Shown piece by piece: positions 18,752-27,663 of a stretch of 64,000 nt of DNA (position 1 is the stretch's first letter; every line of letters starts with the position of its first letter). Both the position numbers and the translations under genes were made by a program. The notes beneath the pieces were generated by a model, which worked only from the letters and a program-made list of their open reading frames with translations, was not told the origin of the DNA and made no database searches. This DNA comes from a virus, in the IMG/VR virus record IMGVR_UViG_3300022696_000071, positions 105,748-169,747 of that record. One strand, 5' to 3'.

Positions 18752-19075
18752 TTGGAGACTATTATTATGTTTTATTATGCGTGTTTAATTTGTGATGAAG
18801 CTGTTCCAAGACCAGAACCGATACCTGAATGGTCAGCAGTTGTTTGTGATAAATGTCATGAAGATATGTGTGATATTGATCCAAATGACATGAAAATCAT
18901 TGTTGAATCGAAAAGTTTCGTTAAGTGTCGGAAGACTGTGATTATTAGAAATCATATTATTCCGAAACTCAGTGAAGATGGAGAAACAATTGTTTCCCAA
19001 ATATGTGGAAATCGATCTGTAAATGGATTCTCCGTTTCAAATGATCGATGGAAACAATGGATGGAGAAGATTTAA
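18752..19075 (+). CDS. zinc-finger protein
   Basis: CLICDE...CDKCHEDMC motif. 107 aa. Upstream RBS is weak. Confidence 0.4.
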   Translation: METIIMFYYACLICDEAVPRPEPIPEWSAVVCDKCHEDMCDIDPNDMKIIVESKSFVKCRKTVIIRNHIIPKLSEDGETIVSQICGNRSVNGFSVSNDRWKQWMEKI

Positions 19076-19133
19076 CATATATGACCACATAGATCATTAT
19101 AATATGGTCTATGTGGTCTGAAAGGAACTGAAA

Positions 19134-19646
19134 ATGGATTCTTTTAATGAAATTGAATGTATTAATATTGATAGTGATTTAAAACCGGCATTAATTCATA
19201 TCTATGCGATATTAAGAAACGATTTCAGAAGTCATTATGGTTTTGATTTACCAAGAACAGAACGAGAATGTGAAACTATTTTTGGTTCGATTGGTTTGGC
19301 GTATATTCGAATCAAAAGAGAAATAACAAATTATGCAAATTTCAATATAATTGATTTTACAAGACTTATATTCATATATATAAAATGGCGAACGTATGGT
19401 GGAACGCTTGTCATAAATAAAATTCGTCTTATTTGGGATAGAAACGTAAGAGATGCACCAATTATAATAACTGGTTATCGTGGTAATTCTTTGATAATAA
19501 ATATATATGGATATGATTTCTTGAGAGTATTTGGTTTCGATCACGAAGAAAATTTAGATGGGATATCACAATTTGTTGTTAATGATCATGATCTTACAGT
19601 AAAAACAATAGAAGAAATTAAAAAGAATTCACGTCACGTTGTATAA
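19134..19646 (+). CDS. hypothetical protein
   Basis: 170 aa. RBS-like GAAAGGAACTGAAAATG. Confidence 0.4.
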   Translation: MDSFNEIECINIDSDLKPALIHIYAILRNDFRSHYGFDLPRTERECETIFGSIGLAYIRIKREITNYANFNIIDFTRLIFIYIKWRTYGGTLVINKIRLIWDRNVRDAPIIITGYRGNSLIINIYGYDFLRVFGFDHEENLDGISQFVVNDHDLTVKTIEEIKKNSRHVV

Positions 19647-19666
19647 ACCATTATAAATAAGGAGAT

Positions 19667-19978
19667 ATGGTTATGATTAGTGGAAGACCATCGCATCCAG
19701 GACAAATATTAGTAGAATTTATCAATAATATTAAAGGGTTAACTGTTGATAAATTATCTGATGTCACCGAGATTGAAGAAAGATATTTATTGGAGTTAAT
19801 GATTGAAAAAGAATCAATGACTCCATATGTGGCGCAGGTATTTTCCAGGGTATTTTCGACAACACCTTCTTATTGGATAGATCTTCAATCTAAACTCGAT
19901 CTGTGGGAAAACCATGTTAAACATGAACAGTTTTTAAGTGGGTTAGAATCATTGGTTGATACAAATATAGAACAATAA
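19667..19978 (+). CDS. HigA/VapI-like HTH antitoxin-family protein (XRE-type)
   Basis: HPGQILVEFI...LTVDKLSDVTEIEERYLLELMIEKESMTPYVAQVFSRVFSTTPSYWIDLQ. This matches the HigA antidote-family pattern (HPGE-IL...WLNLQ). RBS AAGGAGATATGGTTATG. Confidence 0.55.
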   Translation: MVMISGRPSHPGQILVEFINNIKGLTVDKLSDVTEIEERYLLELMIEKESMTPYVAQVFSRVFSTTPSYWIDLQSKLDLWENHVKHEQFLSGLESLVDTNIEQ

Positions 19979-20064
19979 TATTTATTTAAAAATTGGCTAA
20001 ATAATAATCACATAGATTAGAATATCATTTTAATCTATGTGATTATTTGAAAGGAGATATGGTT

Positions 20065-21507
20065 ATGTGTGGAATAGGATGTGTTTGGTTCAGAGAAAGT
20101 GTTGATGTGGAAATTTTGGAAAAAATGCTGGAAGCAACTGAAAAAAGGGGAAAAGATGCATTTGGATATGCAATAATACGATATGATAAAACTGAAGATG
20201 ATTATGTTTTATTTGATATAAATCGATATGGTAAATCTTATAGTGAAATCAAACAAAATATCAATCTTTTTACAGTATTAAAAGTTGGAGATATAATTAT
20301 ATGGAATAATAGAGCAAAACCAATGACTGAATTTTCATCTGTAGATGGAGATGATAGAACAATTCAACCGATATGGTACAGAGATGAAGGGATCATTATG
20401 GTTCATAATGGTGTTGTATCGAATGAAGATGAAAAATTTAAAAGAAGAACAAAAATAGATTCTGAATTTTTCATTCATAGATATTTAAAAAATGGAAGAA
20501 ATATTAAAAAGACAGCAGAAGAAATGATTGGTGGATCTGCTTATATATACGTTGATCTAAGAAGAGATATACTTGGTGTTGTAAGAGATTTCAGACCATT
20601 GGGGAAAGCATATAAGAAGGGTGTTGGTTATTTTGTAATGACTGATACTGATGAATTCTATAATGTCTTTGGTGATATGGATGTGGCTATATGGGAAAAT
20701 TTCTATTATAGCAATATACAACAATTTACTACAAATGAGGTAGATTTAAATTCTGGTCTAATTAACAGAAAAGAATTTGAACCAAATTATATATCATCTC
20801 TTCCAGAACAAGATCCAAATAAAGTACTTGTAATGTCATCTGGTGGAGTTGATTCTTCTGTTGCTGCATGTGTTGCTGCAAAATTATTGAGAAAAGAAGT
20901 TACACTTGTTCACTTTGATATTAAACAAAAGAATAATCCAGGTGAAATTCGTGCAGTTAATTACTTAAGAGAATTTCTAAGATGTAGACTCGATTATGTT
21001 GATTTACGATGGCTTGGATCATATGGAAAAAGTGTATTAACAGATAATCAATTAAAAGTTCCAAGTGGGTCAGTTAAATCAAATTTGAAAAATACAGTAT
21101 GTTGGGTGCCAGCAAGAAATCTTATAATGTTATCATGTTTGATGGGTGTTGCTGAAGCTATAGGTGCAAGTGAAATATATAATGGTTTTACTCAAGAAGA
21201 AGGCACGGTTTACAATGACAATTCAACATCATTTTTCAATGCAATGAATTATGTGTCTGATTTTGGTACTCTTAAACGACCAAAAGTAAAAACCATTCTT
21301 GGGAATCTGATGAAGCCAGAAGTTATTAAACTTGGATGGTATTTTGGATTAGATTTCAGTCAATTGTGGTCATGCGATACATATAATGAAAAAACTGGTA
21401 AAGAATGCGGTGAATGTGGTGCGTGTACGCTTAAGGCTTTAGCGTTAGAACATGCTAAACAATTAGACAGACCACCAGAAGAAATAATAAATAGGTTGAA
21501 ATATTGA
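20065..21507 (+). CDS. Gat-QueC: class-II glutamine amidotransferase domain fused to a QueC-like PP-loop ATP pyrophosphatase (7-deazaguanine pathway)
   Basis: N-terminal MCGIGCVW (Ntn Cys nucleophile). SGGVDSSVAA PP-loop (SGGxDS). C-terminal CDTY...CGECGACTLK Zn motif typical of QueC. The track starts at TTG 20047. ATG at 20065 has better RBS spacing (AAGGAG at 20051-56). Confidence 0.75.
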   Translation: MCGIGCVWFRESVDVEILEKMLEATEKRGKDAFGYAIIRYDKTEDDYVLFDINRYGKSYSEIKQNINLFTVLKVGDIIIWNNRAKPMTEFSSVDGDDRTIQPIWYRDEGIIMVHNGVVSNEDEKFKRRTKIDSEFFIHRYLKNGRNIKKTAEEMIGGSAYIYVDLRRDILGVVRDFRPLGKAYKKGVGYFVMTDTDEFYNVFGDMDVAIWENFYYSNIQQFTTNEVDLNSGLINRKEFEPNYISSLPEQDPNKVLVMSSGGVDSSVAACVAAKLLRKEVTLVHFDIKQKNNPGEIRAVNYLREFLRCRLDYVDLRWLGSYGKSVLTDNQLKVPSGSVKSNLKNTVCWVPARNLIMLSCLMGVAEAIGASEIYNGFTQEEGTVYNDNSTSFFNAMNYVSDFGTLKRPKVKTILGNLMKPEVIKLGWYFGLDFSQLWSCDTYNEKTGKECGECGACTLKALALEHAKQLDRPPEEIINRLKY

Positions 21508-21609
21508 AATGGGATTATTGGTAATTCACTGAAATGTACGATAAGATTTAATTATATATATTAATTAATAATCAATAATCATTTAACCATATATAAAGGA
21601 GGAAATATT

Positions 21610-21840
21610 ATGGTTACGTCTAAAAGAGAGTCGTGGAATCAGGGTGGCGTTTTTCACGCCGCTTCCACGATTTCAATTGGTGGTTCCACAACATCTGGTT
21701 ATGGGACCGCCGCCTCAATCAATGGCCGAGTATACGTACATGTATACTCGACTCCAACCAACAAAAATAGGCGGGAGTTCTATAACCGCCTTAACTCGGA
21801 ATTGAGATGGGCGAGACAAATGACAACGCCCATCATGTAG
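21610..21840 (+). CDS. small hypothetical protein (GC-richer)
   Basis: 76 aa. RBS TATAAAGGAGGAAATATTATG. Promoter motif at 21551-21575. Confidence 0.4.
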   Translation: MVTSKRESWNQGGVFHAASTISIGGSTTSGYGTAASINGRVYVHVYSTPTNKNRREFYNRLNSELRWARQMTTPIM

Positions 21841-21928
21841 CCAAAAAGCCATGCATACACTAAGCGAGTATCATTCAAGTATGCATGGCTTTGCCCGATT
21901 TAATATTTTTTATCAAAAAGGAAATAAA

Positions 21929-22375
21929 ATGACTGATATAGAAACAAATGAAAAAATTGGATTTGATTTAGATGGTGTTATTTGTTTTGAACCAGCAGAT
22001 CTGTGGCAGAAATTTGTATTTAATGCAGAAGATGGTGTAAAATATCGGCATGAACAACCCGTATGTTATAGACCAATGGTGAAGGGGCATATTATAACGG
22101 GTAGAAGAATTGACGATGAACAAATCACATATGATTGGTTATCTATGAATGATATTGAATTTATAAATGTTCATTTTGGACTAAATCATTATATGCCTCA
22201 AATTCTTCTTCATAAAGCTGATATGATAGACCAACTCGATTTAGATATTTATGTCGAAAGTTGTAGTTATATCACAATGTGTTTAATGAGAATGATCAAT
22301 TCAAATTGCAGAATTGTATTGCCTGACAGTTCAATTGTAAGAAACTATTTAAAACTTGAATATAAATTATCGTAA
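21929..22375 (+). CDS. HAD-superfamily phosphatase or nucleotidase-like protein
   Basis: HAD motif I FDLDGVI near the N-terminus. Internal ATG at 21929 is preceded by AAAAAGGAAAT. The track ORF starts at 21851. Confidence 0.5.
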   Translation: MTDIETNEKIGFDLDGVICFEPADLWQKFVFNAEDGVKYRHEQPVCYRPMVKGHIITGRRIDDEQITYDWLSMNDIEFINVHFGLNHYMPQILLHKADMIDQLDLDIYVESCSYITMCLMRMINSNCRIVLPDSSIVRNYLKLEYKLS

Positions 22376-22386
22376 AAAAAGGAGAG

Positions 22387-22623
22387 ATGATGGAGAGAAA
22401 AGTAGATAGTGTCAATATTGTCAGTAAAATAATAAATGAAAATGGTAAACGAATAGTTGTATATCACCCCATTGTAGATGGAAGAGAACTTCCGATGTAT
22501 TCAGAGAATCCAGACGTAGCTCTTCTTGCTGGTCTTGGATACAAATACGATAATGGGTTAAGTTCAGACTTTACCAAGTATGCATGTCGTATGCTTGGTA
22601 TAAACAGTAAATGGGCAGAGTAA
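22387..22623 (+). CDS. hypothetical protein
   Basis: 78 aa. RBS AAAAAGGAGAGATGATG. Hairpin terminator at 22646-22690. Confidence 0.4.
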   Translation: MMERKVDSVNIVSKIINENGKRIVVYHPIVDGRELPMYSENPDVALLAGLGYKYDNGLSSDFTKYACRMLGINSKWAE

Positions 22624-22645
22624 AGTTTGCCCTTTATGTCATGTA

Positions 22646-22690
22646 AAAAAATCTTATTAAACGCTGTCATTTAATAAGATTTTTTTATTA
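22646..22690 (+). terminator. hairpin terminator (AAATCTTATTAAA...TTTAATAAGATTT plus T-run)
   Basis: After the stop of 22387..22623. Confidence 0.5.
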
Positions 22691-22694
22691 AAAT

Positions 22695-22721
22695 TCACTA
22701 TATATATATTAATAGATAACC
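22695..22721 (+). promoter_or_regulatory. promoter-like motif TTCACTATATATATATTAATAGATAAC
   Basis: Upstream of 22757..22927. Same family. Confidence 0.45.
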
Positions 22722-22756
22722 AATAACCTATTTAATCCAAAAGGAAGGAGGGCGCA

Positions 22757-22927
22757 TATGCCTTACCATAGGAGAGACGATATAAGTTGTTGGTCCTGTC
22801 GTAAAGACGGGACCAACGATTGCCCGAATGGTCATCATTCGGGCAATTATTTTAACGGGCAAGATTGGTGCCACGCCTGGGCACCGATCCGCCGCGAAGA
22901 AACCCGGGAAGAGTCCGCCGAGTAGAC
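22757..22927 (+). CDS. small Cys/His-rich peptide (GC-rich mini-gene, not in the track)
   Basis: Hand translation: MPYHRRDDISCWSCRKDGTNDCPNGHHSGNYFNGQDWCHAWAPIRREETREESAE. RBS AAGGAAGGAGGG. Promoter motif at 22695-22721. Hairpin plus T-run at about 22941-22985. The antisense track ORF 22728..22949 is rejected. Confidence 0.4.
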
Positions 22928-23027
22928 TCTTCCCACAACCCCCCATCAAGTCAGTATGATTGGTGGGGGTTTCTTTTTTTCTATATATATTAAATTATAA
23001 GTATTTGAATTCGTTTTAATTTTTTAT

Positions 23028-23399
23028 TTGAAAGGATATAATATGAGAATGTGGATGATTGATCCAAAGAAATTATGTCGTAAACACTTACTTGGGGAGC
23101 ATGGCGAAATACATAAACATCGTCATAATTTTGTTAAGCATCATCGTATCGATGGTAGACTATTACCCATAGTTCAAATACAACCAGCAGACATGAGTAA
23201 GAGACATGATGAACTGGCTGAAGAAATGTTAAGAAGGGGATATAATCATCAATCTCCTTATGACCAACCAGATATTTCTTATTTGGCAGAATGGAAACAA
23301 CAGTCGAAAGTTGATCTATTAATAAGTGAAAAAGACTTATGTAAACGATGTAAACAATGTAGAGAACTAATTATGGGAGAGGAAAACAATGATAAATGA
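23028..23399 (+). CDS. pyrimidine-dimer DNA glycosylase-like protein (T4 endonuclease V / DenV family)
   Basis: N-terminal MIDPKKLCRKHLLGEHGEIH resembles the L-x2-HLMAEYREL signature of T4 DenV. 123 aa. Promoter motif at 22977-23000. Confidence 0.45.
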   Translation: MKGYNMRMWMIDPKKLCRKHLLGEHGEIHKHRHNFVKHHRIDGRLLPIVQIQPADMSKRHDELAEEMLRRGYNHQSPYDQPDISYLAEWKQQSKVDLLISEKDLCKRCKQCRELIMGEENNDK

Positions 23400-23440
23400 A
23401 ATAGTTTTAGACAAAACTAAAAAATAGGAGATAATATAAT

Positions 23441-24343
23441 ATGAATTATCAATCATCTTTATTATTTAGAAGAGCTATAGCACGAATTTTATATAGAGTT
23501 GATATAAACACTTCTATAGTTTCAAAGTATGAATTTGAAGATTATGTTAATTTAATGATAAGTATTATGATAAGATTCAAAAAATACGATATATCTGTAG
23601 ATAATTTTATTTTCAGAAATATTTATTTATTATGGGATAAAATAGATGATAAAGATATATTTTGGATAAATAAATTTGGTGATGATTTTGAATTGTATAT
23701 AGATGGTAATAAAATAGTTAGACTTATGCTGTACGGAAAGATAAATGAATCTATAAAATTCGAAGACATAATTATTTATGATAAATTAGTTCAGTTTAAA
23801 TATGATGAAGTTGGAGAATATGTTGACGAGTTTGAAGAAGATACAATTTATAATTTTATAGATGAAGATGTAATTCATGAAATAAAAACTTCGATTAATG
23901 AAGTAATATATACAAGTGCATATGACGAAGTTAATAATAACCGTATTATTAATCAGTTAACTTGTCATATACTTGATTCAGTAAATAGTTGTTTATATTA
24001 TCCCATATTCTATGCATATGAAATAAAGAAAATGTTGTATGTATTAATGAGATATTATTTTAATCTATATGTATCATGTACTTGTGATCTACGTCAAATT
24101 GTTGGAGTAGCAACAATTTGGGATGATGAATCTGCTGAAGAAGTTATGGGTATATATGATATAAAAGAATTTTTACATATGTGTGTTCAATTAGATATTG
24201 TTGATATTACAGATTATGAAATTGGTTATTTTATGATAATAGACTGTAGAAAAATTTTACAAATAACTGGTGATGATAATTTTTCTGAACGAAGAAACAT
24301 ATATTTGATTAAGGAATTTTATAATGCTTACAATAAGAAATAG
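23441..24343 (+). CDS. hypothetical protein
   Basis: 300 aa. RBS AAAATAGGAGATAATATAATATG. Confidence 0.45.
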   Translation: MNYQSSLLFRRAIARILYRVDINTSIVSKYEFEDYVNLMISIMIRFKKYDISVDNFIFRNIYLLWDKIDDKDIFWINKFGDDFELYIDGNKIVRLMLYGKINESIKFEDIIIYDKLVQFKYDEVGEYVDEFEEDTIYNFIDEDVIHEIKTSINEVIYTSAYDEVNNNRIINQLTCHILDSVNSCLYYPIFYAYEIKKMLYVLMRYYFNLYVSCTCDLRQIVGVATIWDDESAEEVMGIYDIKEFLHMCVQLDIVDITDYEIGYFMIIDCRKILQITGDDNFSERRNIYLIKEFYNAYNKK

Positions 24344-25427
24344 AGATGATAATTTTTCAATGAATCGGGTGTTGGAAGTTGTTTATAATTTATCTAATCA
24401 AAATGTAGGTTGTAAAGATTTATCTGAATTTAGAAATAAACTATATGATAAAATAGAAGCTGTATTTGGAGAATATCCTATTAAAATATCTCATGTTGAA
24501 ATATTTATTAATTTTGTTAATAGTAAATTTAAATCTTATAAAGATTCAGATAACAATATATATTTATATACAACTTCTGATACAAGTACTTCTATATCTT
24601 ATTCAATTAATTCTGATGGATATGAAGAAATAACTGATGGTAATATGCATGTTAACAATCAATCATCAACATCTGCACCCATAGATCCATTACCAACACC
24701 AGATTTGTTTGAATTTATTTCAAATCATGATGAAACAAAGTCAAATATATTACGAATAAACATAAGTAAGTGGGTTAAGGAATATCATTATAATGAAGAA
24801 AATACAAATGAAAAATATAATTTAGAAGTGTTTGATTATCTTAATGAAACAGATATCGAAATATGGAATATGCTTTATACAAAACGACATATTGCATTTT
24901 CAAAGTTACAAATGATATCTATGTCATTAGCTATGGTCATAAATTATATATTATCATATTATGGTATAAATACTGTTAATTATTTTAATATAATGGATAT
25001 CATATGTTGTTGTCTTAGATTGACTAAAAGAGCATTGAGTGATAATTCAAATTCAGATATATCTTATACTATTTATGATCACATCGATTTAATAATTTTT
25101 GATTGGGTTATTGATGATGATAGAAGTATTTATTTTAAACTGCAAAATATGTCTAAACTGAATGGTAAGTATAAATATGACATAACTAGAAAATGGAAAA
25201 ATGATGTTTATAAACGATGTTTATTTATAAATATATATCCCCTTTTAAGAGATTATATATTATTAAATGATCCTTATGATATATTTAACAAAGAATCAAT
25301 AAAAGCGTATGAAGATTTTTCATATCGTGAAATCCAATTGAAATATAACAAGCAAGAAGTGGAATTAGCTCTTGATACTTGGTATAGTAAACTGGTCAGT
25401 AGGGTTGAGTTTCCAGTAGATATATAA
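24324..25427 (+). CDS. hypothetical protein
   Basis: 367 aa. 20-nt overlap with the upstream gene (operonic). Confidence 0.45.
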   Translation: MLTIRNRDDNFSMNRVLEVVYNLSNQNVGCKDLSEFRNKLYDKIEAVFGEYPIKISHVEIFINFVNSKFKSYKDSDNNIYLYTTSDTSTSISYSINSDGYEEITDGNMHVNNQSSTSAPIDPLPTPDLFEFISNHDETKSNILRINISKWVKEYHYNEENTNEKYNLEVFDYLNETDIEIWNMLYTKRHIAFSKLQMISMSLAMVINYILSYYGINTVNYFNIMDIICCCLRLTKRALSDNSNSDISYTIYDHIDLIIFDWVIDDDRSIYFKLQNMSKLNGKYKYDITRKWKNDVYKRCLFINIYPLLRDYILLNDPYDIFNKESIKAYEDFSYREIQLKYNKQEVELALDTWYSKLVSRVEFPVDI

Positions 25428-25522
25428 CTAAAAATCACCCGAATGCAACTACTACATTGTGTTCGGGTGAATCGTTAAATGGGTGGGAAGGACATATAAT
25501 AAAATAAAGGAGACTATTTCAT

Positions 25523-25966
25523 ATGAGAAGAATGGATATTGGTAGAGTTAATTTTTTGGATGAATTATTTGATGTTTATAGCTTTCCTCCTAATATGGTG
25601 TTTATAGTTGGAGGAGAGGGTACACTTGCATTACATGGAATAAAACGGAATCAAAAGTATCTAAGTATTGTGGTTCCATATGAAATATTTGAATTCTTGA
25701 AAAGTCATCCGTGGGTGGAAATTTATAAAGATAGAATAAATTTGTTAACATATCTTGTTAATGGAAATATTCGAATATACCATCATCATCCAAGAATCGG
25801 AATGATGTATGAGCAGATTGTTGAATTTTACAATCTTTTAAATGTTGAAGATATTCTATTTTTTACATTGAAAATGGCTATAGATGCTAAATCATCTAAG
25901 CATGAAAAATATGCAATGAAAAAAATAATTACTTATTTAGATGAAAAAGAAATATATATTAATTAA
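25523..25966 (+). CDS. hypothetical protein
   Basis: 147 aa. RBS TAAAGGAGACTATTTCATATG. Confidence 0.45.
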   Translation: MRRMDIGRVNFLDELFDVYSFPPNMVFIVGGEGTLALHGIKRNQKYLSIVVPYEIFEFLKSHPWVEIYKDRINLLTYLVNGNIRIYHHHPRIGMMYEQIVEFYNLLNVEDILFFTLKMAIDAKSSKHEKYAMKKIITYLDEKEIYIN

Positions 25967-26060
25967 TATTAAATCAATGCATATTATATTTGTTTCAATT
26001 TAAATAGTATATTTTTATATGAATATATTATTTCACATTAAAATGGAGACGTATTGAGTA

Positions 26061-27107
26061 ATGAAAACAGAACACAGTCTATATTATGGTCATTCAAAAG
26101 AGTTACTTAAATCAACAGCTTCAGATTGTGTTGATTTAATAGTAACATCTCCACCATATCCCATGATTAAAATGTGGGATGATATATTTATAGATCAAGA
26201 ACCATTACTGAAACAATATTTAAATGATGGTTATGGTAAAGATGCATTTAATGCAATTCATAATAATATATTAACTCCAATATGGATTGAATCATATAGA
26301 GTTCTTAAAGAAGGTGGTATATTATGTATAAATATAGGAAATGCAGTAAGAACATTAAATAGTAATTTTAGAATGTATGATAATTGTTCAAGAATATCTA
26401 ATACTTTGAATAATATGCGACTATTAGTTCAATTACCATCTATAATATGGAGAAAACCAACAAATTCACCAAATAAATTCATGGGATCTGGAATGTTACC
26501 AGTTGGTGCATATATAACATTAGAGCATGAATTTGTATTGATATTTAGAAAAGGTGAGAAAAGAAAGTTTAATGGTGTAGAACAAGATATAAGACGAGAG
26601 AGTGCAATATTTTGGGAAGAAAGAAATAAATGGTTTTCAGATGTTTGGACTGATCTCCCTGGGATATCACAAGATTTAAACAATAAAGAAACAAGAAAAA
26701 GAAGTGGTGCATATCCACTTGATTTACCATATCGATTGATAAATATGTTTTCTATAAAAGGAGATACTGTTCTTGATCCATTTCTTGGAACTGGTACAAC
26801 TATGATTGCTGCTATGGCTTCAGAACGAAACAGTATTGGTTTAGAATTAGATAAAACTCTTGAACCAATAATAAATATTTATATGAATAATTTGAAAAAT
26901 ATAAGTGATCTAATTATAAAAGAAAGATTGTTAAATCATAAAGCATTTGAAACACGTATGTCTAATGATAATAAAGAACTTAAATATAATAATAGATATC
27001 ATGATACGCGAGTTGTATCAAAACATGAAAGATTTATTAAACTGAAGCATGTAAACAAAATAAATAAAAAAACACCAACTAAATTTGAAGTAACATATGG
27101 TAAGTGA
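26061..27107 (+). CDS. DNA methyltransferase, beta class (N4-cytosine or N6-adenine); apparently an orphan
   Basis: Motif IV LIVTSPPY precedes motif I DTVLDPFLGTGTT (beta-class order). An SPPY tetrapeptide is typical of N4mC methyltransferases. No nuclease partner is recognisable nearby. Confidence 0.7.
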   Translation: MKTEHSLYYGHSKELLKSTASDCVDLIVTSPPYPMIKMWDDIFIDQEPLLKQYLNDGYGKDAFNAIHNNILTPIWIESYRVLKEGGILCINIGNAVRTLNSNFRMYDNCSRISNTLNNMRLLVQLPSIIWRKPTNSPNKFMGSGMLPVGAYITLEHEFVLIFRKGEKRKFNGVEQDIRRESAIFWEERNKWFSDVWTDLPGISQDLNNKETRKRSGAYPLDLPYRLINMFSIKGDTVLDPFLGTGTTMIAAMASERNSIGLELDKTLEPIINIYMNNLKNISDLIIKERLLNHKAFETRMSNDNKELKYNNRYHDTRVVSKHERFIKLKHVNKINKKTPTKFEVTYGK

Positions 27108-27113
27108 TTATGA

Positions 27114-27153
27114 TATGCCGTGCGTATAAATACATATATACACACGGCATATT
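27114..27153. terminator. bidirectional hairpin terminator (ATATGCCGTGCGTATA...TATACACACGGCATAT)
   Basis: Between the convergent genes 26061..27107 (plus) and 27156..27404 (minus). Confidence 0.5.
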
Positions 27154-27155
27154 CT

Positions 27156-27404
27156 TTATTTTTCGTCACATATTTCAGCCATGACGAAATACTGGTCGTT
27201 TATATTTACGACCGTTTTTCCGTCGATGCATTTGACGGAATATGATACTTGTGAACTCGAAGAGTTTTTACACTCTTTGAGTTCATCATTCAACTCAAAT
27301 ATGTTGATCACCAAAACAACTATGATGATTAACTGAATCCATCCAATTAACCCAAGTACACTACTTCGGGTTATTATTCCATTATCCTCTTCTCTTCTTC
27401 CCAT
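27156..27404 (-). CDS. small membrane protein
   Basis: 82 aa. TM segment LGLIGWIQLIIIVVLVINIF. Bidirectional hairpin terminator at 27114-27153 is shared with the methyltransferase gene. Confidence 0.4.
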   Translation of the reverse strand: MGRREEDNGIITRSSVLGLIGWIQLIIIVVLVINIFELNDELKECKNSSSSQVSYSVKCIDGKTVVNINDQYFVMAEICDEK

Positions 27405-27435
27405 TCCTATTCCTATTTCTCCTTTTCATTTATTA

Positions 27436-27663
27436 TTATTCTAAGCCCATGATTTCTTTCATTGTCATAAATTTCATGGGTTCAGAGTTAGTATTATCAT
27501 ATTTTTTTATTTTTTTATCTTCTTCTATTTTATTTTTTATATTATCTATCTTTTTCATTATTATTATTTGGTTATGTATTATTTCATCTATTTCTTTTCT
27601 TATATTATGCGTCATTATTTTGAGTTTCCTCTTTACATTCTTCCGACAACTCATAATTATCAT
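27436..27663 (-). CDS. small Lys-rich protein
   Basis: 75 aa. Overlaps the 3' end of the upstream ORF. Confidence 0.3.
   Translation of the reverse strand: MIIMSCRKNVKRKLKIMTHNIRKEIDEIIHNQIIIMKKIDNIKNKIEEDKKIKKYDNTNSEPMKFMTMKEIMGLE

Noticed and set aside
22728-22949. Track ORF on the minus strand (73 aa)
   Set aside because: Antisense to plus-strand mini-gene 22757..22927, which has an AGGAGG RBS. No RBS for the minus ORF.
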